From Candidatus Sericytochromatia bacterium (GTDB lineage: Bacteria > Cyanobacteriota > Sericytochromatia > S15B-MN24 > VGJW01), in contig JAYKHS010000008.1 in the NCBI GenBank assembly GCA_035285865.1, positions 1 through 32,810 on the forward strand: 32,810 bases of DNA. Direction: 5' to 3'. The notes beneath the pieces were generated by a model. That model saw only the letters and a list, made by a program, of their open reading frames with translations. It made no database searches and was not told the DNA's origin. The translations under genes were made by a program, and so were the position numbers. Positions 1-7,840 of this stretch are shown here, piece by piece; position 1 is the first letter of the stretch; the number at the start of each line of letters is the position of its first letter.

Positions 1-81
1 TACAACGGACAACGCCCACACAGCTCCCTCGGCAACCTCACACCAGAGGAGTTTGCAACACGTCACCGACAGGTGGCATAA
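1..81 (+). CDS. IS3-family transposase OrfB, C-terminal fragment (runs off window)
   Basis: YNxxRPHSSLGxxTPxEF motif, TAA at 79-81. Not in the ORF track; translated by hand. Confidence 0.9.
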   Translation, partial: YNGQRPHSSLGNLTPEEFATRHRQVA

Positions 82-87
82 CCATGC

Positions 88-126
88 ATCCCGGTTTTGT
101 GTTGGACGATAAACGGGGGCAGGTCA
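88..126 (-). repeat. IS3 right terminal inverted repeat
   Basis: Reverse complement TGACCTGCCCCCGTTTATCGTCCAACACAAAACCGGGAT aligns with 32685-32724 at about 30 of 40 positions with one gap. Confidence 0.88.
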
Positions 127-1025
127 AAGGGATACGTGTAATTCACCGGATTTCCTGACGGATTCCGGAGCGTGCTGGCCGTGCCGTCAGGTGCGATGCG
201 GCGGATACGGTGGCCGTCGTGATCGGCCTGCCAGAAGTTGCCGCTGGCATCCATGCAGATGCCTATGGGCTCGGTGTAACGTGCGGTCGCTGCAGGACCA
301 TCCTGGCTACCTCGGATTCCACTACCCGAGAACGTCGAGACCAGCCCACCCGGTGTGATGCGGCGGATGCGGTTGTTCCAGTAATCGGAGATGTAGAGGT
401 TGTCGGCGGCGTCCACGGCCATGCCCGCCGGCCGATTGAATCGTGCCGCCGTGCCTTGTCCCTCGGCGAATCCGGGAGTGCCATCGCCCGCAAAGGTCGA
501 GACCGTCCCGTCCGTGGCGATTTTGAGGACCCTGCATCCGATGTGCTTCAGTGCGTAGAGATTGCCTCTGGAGTCGATGCCAGCCAATGCCGAGTCGAGG
601 AGAAGGGCGGATGTGGCGATGGTCTGGCTGCTTCCGTCCGGCAGAACCTTCACCACGGTCGTGCCGCTTGTTCCGTAGCGATTGCCTGAACCGTCCGTGA
701 CGATCCCGCCAACCGTGGATAGGGTCGAGATGCCGGGTGTCGGTGTGGGAGCGGGAGTAGGTGCGGGTGTCGGCGTCGGCACGGGGCCGGGCGTCACGCG
801 GGCCACGCGCGGGGTTGGTGTGGGGAGTCGCCGCCTGGGCGGAGGAGTGACCTTTCTCCGGGACTGCACGTGGCGCGTGAGGCTGGTTGCCATTTCCCCG
901 GCCGCCGTGAATGGTGCTGGTGTGGTTGGCTGAAGGCCGCTCATGCAGGCTGCCAGCAGCAGGGTGCACGACATACCGAGGAGTGCCGGCATCGCTGTCG
1001 AAATTGTCGTTTTTAAGGCGGTCAT
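127..1025 (-). pseudogene. NHL-repeat (beta-propeller) lipoprotein with Pro/Thr linker, 3'-truncated by IS3
   Basis: Lipobox-like LLLAAC, PTPTPAPTPAPTPTP linker, NHL repeats (ARFNRPAGMAVDAADNLYISDYWNNRIRRI; ARYTEPIGICMDASGNFWQADHDGHRIRRI). The last ~21 codons of ORF 63..1025 (DLPPFIVQ...) are read from the IS end. Confidence 0.8.
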
Positions 1026-1171
1026 ATGAACATGTCATGCCCAGAAAGGCCTTCTCTGCGTCGGGCTCTTGCATGATTTGGTTTCCGCCGCATGGCTGAA
1101 GTGGCCGTAGACGCCCCGCCATGTTTCCGTCGTGTCGCCGCGGCTTGCTGGGGTACCATGACGACAGCGTC

Positions 1172-3406
1172 ATGACCCCGCAGCTTGCCTTGGACATCGG
1201 CACCCGCAACATCGTCGGGTTGCTGGTCGAGCGCAATGCCGAGGGGCGTCTGCGTATCCTGGATGGGGAGGTTCTTGCTCACGAGGATCGGGCCATGCGC
1301 GATGGCCAGGTTCACGATATCCCCCGCGTGGGCCAGCGGTTGCGCGATGTCGTCATGGCACTGTCCCGGCGGAGTGGGGTGCCGCTGCAGGCCGCCACGG
1401 TAGCGGCGGCGGGTCGTGCGCTGCGTACCGTCGAGGTCGAAGTGCGTGCTGCGGTTCCTCGCCCTGGGCGGGTCGGGCATGAGCTGCTGAAACAGCTGGC
1501 CTTGCAGGGTATTGGTGAAGCCTCGGATCGCCTCGGTGGCGAGGTCAGGTCGGGTTTCCACTGTGTGGGGTACACCCTCGGGCGACACGTGCTGGACGGT
1601 GCCCCCCTCGACCAGCCTGTCGGTCAGACTGGCTCCGTCCTGGAGGCTCGTCTCATCGCCACGTTCCTGCCGAGGGTGGTCACGGACGCGCTCGTGGCTG
1701 TCGTCCGCGAGGCCGGCTTGGCCCTCGGGGGATTGACGCTCGAACCCATCGCGGCCGCCGAGGTCGCGATGCCGTCCACGATGCGTGCCCTGAATCTGGC
1801 CCTGGTCGATGTCGGTGCCGGTACGTCGGACATTGCCGTGACCCACGGTGGTGCCGTCATTGGCTATGCCATGGTTCCTCTTGCCGGCGACCTCGTCACG
1901 GAAGTCCTGGCTCAGCATCATCTTCTGGACTTCCCCGAAGCGGAAGCCATGAAGATCCGCTGGCAGCAGGCCGTCAGCCCGGTCGGCCCCCCGACCGTGC
2001 TCCTTGCCCGCGACGTGCTGGGTCTCGAGGTTCGTGTCCAGGCGGAAGACCTCCAGACGCTCGTCCGTCCCGCGCTTCAGCGGTGGGCCAAGGCCGTGGC
2101 CGAGGAGATCCTGCGATTGAACGGGGGGCGTGCACCTGCCGCTGTCCTTGCCATCGGCGGTGCTAGTCAGACGCCAGGCCTCTCCGAAGCCCTTGCGGAG
2201 GCGCTCGGCCTCCCCGCGCCCCGTGTGGGTGTCAGAGGCAGCGACATCGTACGGGATGTCGACTTCGGACTACTGGGGGCAGGTACCTCACTGACGGAGC
2301 TCTTGCGGGGACCGGCTGGGGTGACGCCCCTCGGTATCGCCTTCACGGCGGTGAGTGGACCCGGTTTCCGGCTGCGTGAAATCGGGGTCCGTCTTTCCCC
2401 GCCGTGGCAAGCTGGAGACCCCCTTGTCGAAAGGTATCGAGAGGAGCGCACCGTTCAGGTTCTGGATCTGGGTGCAGCCACCGTGTCGGATGGCCTGTTG
2501 GCGGCTGGTTTTGCGGCCCGAGACCTGACAGGACGACCTGGTCTGGGCCTGACCGTCACGGTGGACGAAGCACTCAAGTTGATCCCGGCCCCGCCGGGCC
2601 GGCCGGCGGAAGTTCGCCACGCCGATCGTCTCCTGACGCTTGACGAGCCTTTGCCCGAGGACGCGCATCTCGTCCTGAAGTTGGCGGTGGCGGCGCAGGG
2701 GCCGTCCGCCACTCTGGGAGACGTCTGGGGCAGAGAGAGAGAATTGACGGTTCTGGTCGAGGACCAGCTCGTCCGCCATGTGCTGGTCCCCCGCGTGGAG
2801 GGTCGTGTCGTGGACTGGGATGAGCGTCTGTCGGATGGCCAGGTCTGCCAGATCCTGCCGACGCTTTCCGAATTTGCCGCAGGCCTGTCAGTGCCTGCGG
2901 ATGCCGAATTGTTGTCCTTCGAGGTCGAGGGGATTCCTCAGGTGCTGCGGTTGGCTGATACGCGGTGGCTGGCGGATGGCCGTCCGATCGGCGATGCGGA
3001 GCGTGTTGTTCCCGGCATGGTCCTGTCGCGGAGTCGTGCGGTTCGGGACGTGCCTCGAGTTCGCGACGTGATGCCCGAGCCGCGCATCGTCGATGTGTCC
3101 GTATGGTGGGAGGGGCGTGTCCTGCGGGTTCCCGGCAGGCTACCGCCCATCGTGGACGCTTCGGGGGAAGCCATCGACCCGGATGGACCGGTACGCGAAG
3201 GGGGACGTTACCGGCATGGCGCGCCGCCGTTGCCGATTCTTGCCGACCTTTTGGCTTTGGTCCGGGATGACGTCACGCCGACGTCTCCCGGCGGTCAGCT
3301 CCGATTGGAGGTGGACGGCGTGCCTGCAGAGTTCACCACGCCCCTTCGCGAAGGCTGCAGGGTACTGGTTCGCTGGACCGAGCAAGAGCACCAGCCTCAA
3401 TCCTGA
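1172..3406 (+). CDS. Long FtsA/PilM-like actin-fold ATPase with ~330-aa C-terminal repeat extension
   Basis: ALDIGT, LTLEPIAAA, LVDVGAGTSD, PLAGDLVT and IGGASQTPGL actin-fold motifs. ATG 1172 is chosen because it directly precedes the first motif. Confidence 0.85.
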   Translation: MTPQLALDIGTRNIVGLLVERNAEGRLRILDGEVLAHEDRAMRDGQVHDIPRVGQRLRDVVMALSRRSGVPLQAATVAAAGRALRTVEVEVRAAVPRPGRVGHELLKQLALQGIGEASDRLGGEVRSGFHCVGYTLGRHVLDGAPLDQPVGQTGSVLEARLIATFLPRVVTDALVAVVREAGLALGGLTLEPIAAAEVAMPSTMRALNLALVDVGAGTSDIAVTHGGAVIGYAMVPLAGDLVTEVLAQHHLLDFPEAEAMKIRWQQAVSPVGPPTVLLARDVLGLEVRVQAEDLQTLVRPALQRWAKAVAEEILRLNGGRAPAAVLAIGGASQTPGLSEALAEALGLPAPRVGVRGSDIVRDVDFGLLGAGTSLTELLRGPAGVTPLGIAFTAVSGPGFRLREIGVRLSPPWQAGDPLVERYREERTVQVLDLGAATVSDGLLAAGFAARDLTGRPGLGLTVTVDEALKLIPAPPGRPAEVRHADRLLTLDEPLPEDAHLVLKLAVAAQGPSATLGDVWGRERELTVLVEDQLVRHVLVPRVEGRVVDWDERLSDGQVCQILPTLSEFAAGLSVPADAELLSFEVEGIPQVLRLADTRWLADGRPIGDAERVVPGMVLSRSRAVRDVPRVRDVMPEPRIVDVSVWWEGRVLRVPGRLPPIVDASGEAIDPDGPVREGGRYRHGAPPLPILADLLALVRDDVTPTSPGGQLRLEVDGVPAEFTTPLREGCRVLVRWTEQEHQPQS

Positions 3407-3461
3407 AGCTGCTCTCGGTGCCAAGGCACGGGCGTGTCGCCAGAGAGGCCTTCCTGGCAGA

Positions 3462-4910
3462 CTACTCGCCCTGGGCCTTGGAATACATCGCCTTGCCATC
3501 CATCGTGCGCAAGCGCTCGATGTGGACCCAGGTGCACACGTTGGCCACGGCTGAAAGGGCTGCCATGACATCAGCCTCGGATACGGCAGCGTCCGACACA
3601 TACCGGCAGCGATACCAGTTGACCATCCGGATGTCGGGCAGGGGCCCCGGCCAGACTTTGGTGCCACGGTTCGAAATCATGGCGAGGCGCATCCCGCCGG
3701 CTTCAGGAGGCACCGGCGGCAATACGGCCAGGTCCTGATGTTCGACGAAGATATCGAGACCGCGCGTCTCGAGCAGCCCAGAGTTTGGCGTGCGGGCCTC
3801 GGCTCGGCGCTGCATGACGGAACCGGCAGGCGTTGCAGGCAGGATGGCGGGGATGGACGTAGCCGGCAGATTCTCGATGAGGTTTGCCGTGAATGCGGCG
3901 GATGTGGCGCTGCCCCCCAGGTCTGCCGTCCGAACTCCTTCTGCCAGCGTGGTCTCAAGGGCCTTCTCGATGCGGCGGGCCGTTTCACCCAGCCCGAGAT
4001 GGCGAACCATCTGGATCGCCGCGAGCAGCAAGGCGGTCGGGTTGGCCACGCCCTTGCCGGCGATGTCCGGTGCGGAGCCGTGCACGGCCTCGAAGACGGC
4101 GATGCCATCGCCCAGGTTGCCCGACGGAGCCACGCCAAGGCCACCGACCAGCCCGGCACAGAGGTCGCTCACGATGTCTCCGTAGAGATTGGGCAACACC
4201 ACGACATCGAAGCGGGTCGGGTCTTTGACAAGCTGCATGCAGAGGTTGTCCACGAGGATGTCGTCGGCTGCAATCTCCGGGAACTGGGCGGCGACCTCAC
4301 GGAAACATTCGAGGAAGAGGCCGTCCGTCAGCTTGTGGATGTTGGCCTTGTGCACGCAGGTCACGCGCTTGCGGCCCTGGTCCCGCGCCATCTCGAAGGC
4401 GCGCAGGCAGGCAGCCGTCGAACCTGGGCGGGTAATGATCTTCAGGCCCTGGGCCACGTCCGGCGTCTGGAAGTGCTCGATCCCGCCATAGGTGTCCTCG
4501 ACATTTTCCCGAACCAGCAGAATGTCGATGTTCTCGTAGCGGCTCGGGATGCCCGGCAGCGACCGGATGGGGCGGACGTTCGCATAAAGTTCGAGCCCCT
4601 TGCGGATCGTCACGTTGACGCTCTTGTGGCCGCTGCCCGATGGCGTTTCGGTCGGTCCCTTGAGCGCGATGCGGTGCTGTGCGATGGCGGCCATGGTGCT
4701 GTCCGGGAGGCCGGTAGGATGCACGTCGGTACAGCAAAGGCCTGCAGGATGGACCTGCCAATCGATTGGCGCACCGGCGGCTTCGAGGATGTCCCGGACG
4801 CACGCCGTGATTTCCGGGCCGATGCCGTCGCCGGGGATGAGCACGACCGGAACGGTGGTGACGCCCCGGGGCGAGGTCGTGGCCGGATCGGATACGGACT
4901 GATCGGGCAT
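3462..4910 (-). CDS. icd: Isocitrate dehydrogenase (~482 aa, with C-terminal extension domain)
   Basis: IPGDGIGPEI, SVNVTIRK, VHKANI, NLYGDIVSD and EAVHGSAPDIAG motifs; C-terminal MISNRGTKVWP domain; GAGGAG RBS before ATG 4910. Confidence 0.92.
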   Translation of the reverse strand: MPDQSVSDPATTSPRGVTTVPVVLIPGDGIGPEITACVRDILEAAGAPIDWQVHPAGLCCTDVHPTGLPDSTMAAIAQHRIALKGPTETPSGSGHKSVNVTIRKGLELYANVRPIRSLPGIPSRYENIDILLVRENVEDTYGGIEHFQTPDVAQGLKIITRPGSTAACLRAFEMARDQGRKRVTCVHKANIHKLTDGLFLECFREVAAQFPEIAADDILVDNLCMQLVKDPTRFDVVVLPNLYGDIVSDLCAGLVGGLGVAPSGNLGDGIAVFEAVHGSAPDIAGKGVANPTALLLAAIQMVRHLGLGETARRIEKALETTLAEGVRTADLGGSATSAAFTANLIENLPATSIPAILPATPAGSVMQRRAEARTPNSGLLETRGLDIFVEHQDLAVLPPVPPEAGGMRLAMISNRGTKVWPGPLPDIRMVNWYRCRYVSDAAVSEADVMAALSAVANVCTWVHIERLRTMDGKAMYSKAQGE

Positions 4911-5042
4911 CGGGCACTCCTCTCGACTGGCCGTTGAGAGCGTCATGGTAAAGCCTGCACCGATCCCGGCGTCAAGCCGAACACGACGCTGGTGCGTACC
5001 CCGCTCATGTCGGCTGGGCTGGAGCCGCCAGGGCTCAGGCGG

Positions 5043-5048
5043 TATGAT
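5043..5048 (+). promoter_or_regulatory. Putative -10 box (TATGAT) 6 nt before the thioesterase ATG; leaderless
   Basis: TATGAT-cgcacc-ATG, no Shine-Dalgarno. Confidence 0.6.
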
Positions 5049-5054
5049 CGCACC

Positions 5055-5462
5055 ATGAGAGACGCGCTGGAGCATCTCGTAGGCCGCGTCGGCACGGCAG
5101 ACGCCCAGGTTTCCGATGCCTGCACTGCCGTATCGCAGGGGAGCGGGGCCTTGCCGCTGCTTGCGACGTCGCAGCTCGTCGCGCTCGCCGAGCAGGCCGC
5201 CGTCCAGGCGCTCGCTGGCGTGCTGCCCCTCGGCATGACCACGGTCACGACCCGAGTCAATCTCCAGCATCGTGTGGCTACCCCGCTCGGGCACCACGTT
5301 CAGGTCAGGGCGACCCTCGTCGCTGCAGAGGGCCGTCGCCTCTGTTTCGCCATTACGGTGGACGACGAGCGTGACCGGGTCGCGGAGGGCGAGGTGGAGC
5401 GATTCATGCTCGAGGCCGAGCGTCTGATGGCACGCCTGGCCGACAAGCGGCCAAAGACGTGA
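5055..5462 (+). CDS. FlK-like (fluoroacetyl-CoA thioesterase family) hotdog thioesterase
   Basis: GSGxLPLLATSQLVALAEQAA and NLQHRVATPLG, retaining the Thr/Glu/His triad positions. Confidence 0.85.
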   Translation: MRDALEHLVGRVGTADAQVSDACTAVSQGSGALPLLATSQLVALAEQAAVQALAGVLPLGMTTVTTRVNLQHRVATPLGHHVQVRATLVAAEGRRLCFAITVDDERDRVAEGEVERFMLEAERLMARLADKRPKT

Positions 5463-6361
5463 GTCCTGTCGAGGTCGTGCTGCAGGGCCGGATGGACGGC
5501 AAGGCGCTTGCCGCGACGTGGCGTTCGGCACTAGGGCATGAAGTCGCGGCGTGGACGACGGCCGGTGGTCGGCTACCCGGATTGGCCGTCGTGCGTGTCG
5601 GCAACGATCCTGCATCTGCCGTTTACGTTCGCCAGAAGACCGTAGCGGCGCGCGAGGCCGGTTTCTTGGTCGAGGACGCCATCCTGCCGGAGTCGTCCAG
5701 CATGGATGAGGTCCGTGCGGCGTTGCTTGCGCTGGCCGACCGGCCGGACATCGATGGTCTGATGCTGCAACTGCCTCTGCCGGGTCACCTCGATGCGGAT
5801 ATCCTGACGGCCTGCATCCCGGCGCACATGGACGTGGATGGGCTTGGCATCTGGCAGGCGGGTTGTCTCGGCGTGGGCCAGCCCGATCTCGCCCCGTGCA
5901 CCCCGGCAGGAGTCATGGCTTTGTTGCGCGCGCACGGGGTGCGCCTGGCCGGAGCGCGGGCGCTGGTCATCGGGCGCAGCCGCATCGTCGGGCGGCCCAT
6001 GGCCCAGTTGCTGCTGCACGCCGATGCCACCGTGACCGTGGCGCACAGTCGTACCCGCGATCTGCCTGCACGTGTGGCCGAAGCCGACGTGGTGGTCGTT
6101 GCGGCGGGCCGTGCCGGGATGGTCAAGGCCTCATGGTTCTCCCCGGGAGCCGTGGTCGTGGACGTGGGCATCCACGCTGTCCCTGGCGGAGGGTTCAGCG
6201 GCGATGTGGATTGGGAGGGTGAGGCGCCGAGGGTGGCGGCGTGGACGCCTGTTCCCGGCGGCGTCGGGCCCATGACGGTGGCGATGCTGCTGGTGAACGC
6301 GTGGCGGGCGCATGGCCGCCGGGAAGGCCATCCCCCACTGAATCTGCCGGCAAGCCCATGA
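5459..6361 (+). CDS. folD: Methylenetetrahydrofolate dehydrogenase/cyclohydrolase
   Basis: PGLAVVRVGNDPASAVYV, QLPLP, DVDG, PCTPAG, GRSRIVGRP and TPVPGGVGPMTVAML motifs; GTGA overlap with upstream stop. Confidence 0.96.
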   Translation: MSPVEVVLQGRMDGKALAATWRSALGHEVAAWTTAGGRLPGLAVVRVGNDPASAVYVRQKTVAAREAGFLVEDAILPESSSMDEVRAALLALADRPDIDGLMLQLPLPGHLDADILTACIPAHMDVDGLGIWQAGCLGVGQPDLAPCTPAGVMALLRAHGVRLAGARALVIGRSRIVGRPMAQLLLHADATVTVAHSRTRDLPARVAEADVVVVAAGRAGMVKASWFSPGAVVVDVGIHAVPGGGFSGDVDWEGEAPRVAAWTPVPGGVGPMTVAMLLVNAWRAHGRREGHPPLNLPASP

Positions 6362-6699
6362 GATTCCCGACGCCGACGTGGTGGCCCTTCCGGGGCGGAG
6401 GGCAACGTCAACTGCTTGCACTCCGCACCGATCGCCTCGATGGTCGGCCCGTGATGCTTGCCTTCGCGGAGCTTCCACCGGAGGAACATCTCTGCGTGGA
6501 ATGGGATGCCCCGGGGGGGACGGTTCTGGTCGAGGGGGCTTGGACAGGCAAGGCTTGGGTCCTCGAGGGGCCGCCAGAGGTTGCAGGGGCCGTGACCTTC
6601 CGGCTCAGGGCCCGTGCGGCTTCGGCGCTGCGGCGGGCCGCAGGTCCTCATGGTGGGCACCTTCTGGCAACGGGAACCTGGCAGACCGACGTTCACTGA
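6358..6699 (+). CDS. Hypothetical protein (113 aa)
   Basis: ATGA overlap with the folD stop; fills the gap to the next promoter; no family recognised. Confidence 0.6.
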   Translation: MRFPTPTWWPFRGGGQRQLLALRTDRLDGRPVMLAFAELPPEEHLCVEWDAPGGTVLVEGAWTGKAWVLEGPPEVAGAVTFRLRARAASALRRAAGPHGGHLLATGTWQTDVH

Positions 6700-6747
6700 T
6701 TCGGGCCCGCAGAAAATCCCAACTTGGGGATTGATTCTTGCTATCTG

Positions 6748-6775
6748 ATATGCATATATCTATACATCTGCATAT
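6748..6775. promoter_or_regulatory. AT-rich imperfect palindrome, probable ArsR/SmtB operator
   Basis: ATATGCA-tatatctatacatc-TGCATAT: 7-bp perfect outer arms plus further inner matches, immediately before the GAGGAG RBS of the ArsR gene. Confidence 0.7.
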
Positions 6776-6789
6776 TCGAGGAGCAGTCC

Positions 6790-7149
6790 GTGCCTCACAG
6801 AGGACTGGTAAGCAAGGAGTTTGCCGCTCTGCTGTCGGTCCTGTCCCATCCCGGCCGACTGCAGATTGTCGAAGAACTCCGCAACGGTGAACGGGATGTG
6901 GCGACGCTGCAGTCGGCATTGGGTCTGAGCCAGCCCCACACGTCGCAGTTGCTGGGGGTGTTGAAGGCGCATCGACTCGTGGCCGAGCGCAAGGAGGGAC
7001 GCAAGGTGCTTTACCACCTGACGCAACCCGAACTTGCTGCCTGGCTGGTGGCAGGTCTGGCTTTCGTGGCAGGTGCCGGGATTCCTTCCGAGGAGCTTCT
7101 GGCAGCCATCGAGGCGGTGCGGCAGTTGTGGTCAGACAGTCAGAACTGA
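6790..7149 (+). CDS. ArsR/SmtB-family transcriptional regulator
   Basis: LSVLSHPGRLQIVEEL...GLSQPHTSQLLGVLKAHRLVAERKEGRKVLYHL winged HTH; GTG start after GAGGAG. Confidence 0.92.
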   Translation: MPHRGLVSKEFAALLSVLSHPGRLQIVEELRNGERDVATLQSALGLSQPHTSQLLGVLKAHRLVAERKEGRKVLYHLTQPELAAWLVAGLAFVAGAGIPSEELLAAIEAVRQLWSDSQN

Positions 7150-7180
7150 GCTTGCGGTACTTACAGGAGGCGCGGCGGAC

Positions 7181-7840
7181 ATGAGAAAACTGGTCGAGGG
7201 TGTTCAGAAGTTCAAAAACCAGGTGTTCGATGAGCACCGGGAGCTGTTCGCCAAGCTGGCCTTGGGACAAGCGCCCGAAGCCCTCTTCATCACGTGCGCC
7301 GACTCGCGCATTAGCCCCAGCCTGCTGACGCAGTCCAAGCCGGGCGAGATTTTCATCATCCGCAACGCCGGCAACATCGTGCCGCCACACGGCGCGGCCA
7401 ACGGCGGGGAAGGTGCCACGGTCGAGTATGCGGTGGCGGTGCTCGGAGTCAAGGACATCATCGTCTGTGGCCATTCGGACTGCGGAGCCATGAAGGCCGT
7501 CCTCAAGCCCGAGACGCTCGATGAGCTGCCGACCGTGCGGGCTTGGCTGAACCACGCCGAGACCACCCGTCGGATCGTCCGGACCAAGCACGCCCATCTG
7601 GAGGGTCAGGACCGGGTGGATGCCGCGATCGAGGAGAATGTGCTCGTCCAGCTCGAGCACCTGCGTACCTTGCCTTCCGTGGCCGTCCGGCTTGCCAAGG
7701 GAGACTTGCGCCTGCACGCGTGGGTCTACCAGATCGATACGGGCGCGATTCGTTCGTTCGATGCCATGACCGGACGGTTTGTTCCGCTGACTGACTCGGG
7801 CACCGAAACGGATCGCGTCGCGGCGGGGGTCACGGCGTGA
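7181..7840 (+). CDS. Beta-class carbonic anhydrase (CynT/Can-like)
   Basis: CADSR and HSDCG zinc ligands, RNAGN, EYAV; AGGAGG RBS. Confidence 0.95.
   Translation: MRKLVEGVQKFKNQVFDEHRELFAKLALGQAPEALFITCADSRISPSLLTQSKPGEIFIIRNAGNIVPPHGAANGGEGATVEYAVAVLGVKDIIVCGHSDCGAMKAVLKPETLDELPTVRAWLNHAETTRRIVRTKHAHLEGQDRVDAAIEENVLVQLEHLRTLPSVAVRLAKGDLRLHAWVYQIDTGAIRSFDAMTGRFVPLTDSGTETDRVAAGVTA

Larger units (their letters stand above)
1..126 (+). mobile_element. Right end of an IS3-family insertion sequence (partial)
   Basis: Frame 1 reads YNGQRPHSSLGNLTPEEFATRHRQVA*, the typical IS3 OrfB C-terminus. It is followed by a terminal IR ending ...GGGGGCAGGTCA at 126 (IS3 ends are TG...CA), which matches the IR at 32685. 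Confidence 0.92.

Noticed and set aside
730..830. GGTGTCGG/GGTGTGGG-like short repeats as a tandem array or CRISPR
   Set aside because: They encode the PTPAPT linker; there is no repeat-spacer structure.
4945..4975. TTGACG...TACCAT promoter for icd on the minus strand
   Set aside because: The spacer is 19 bp, so it is plausible but not well enough supported to list as a feature.
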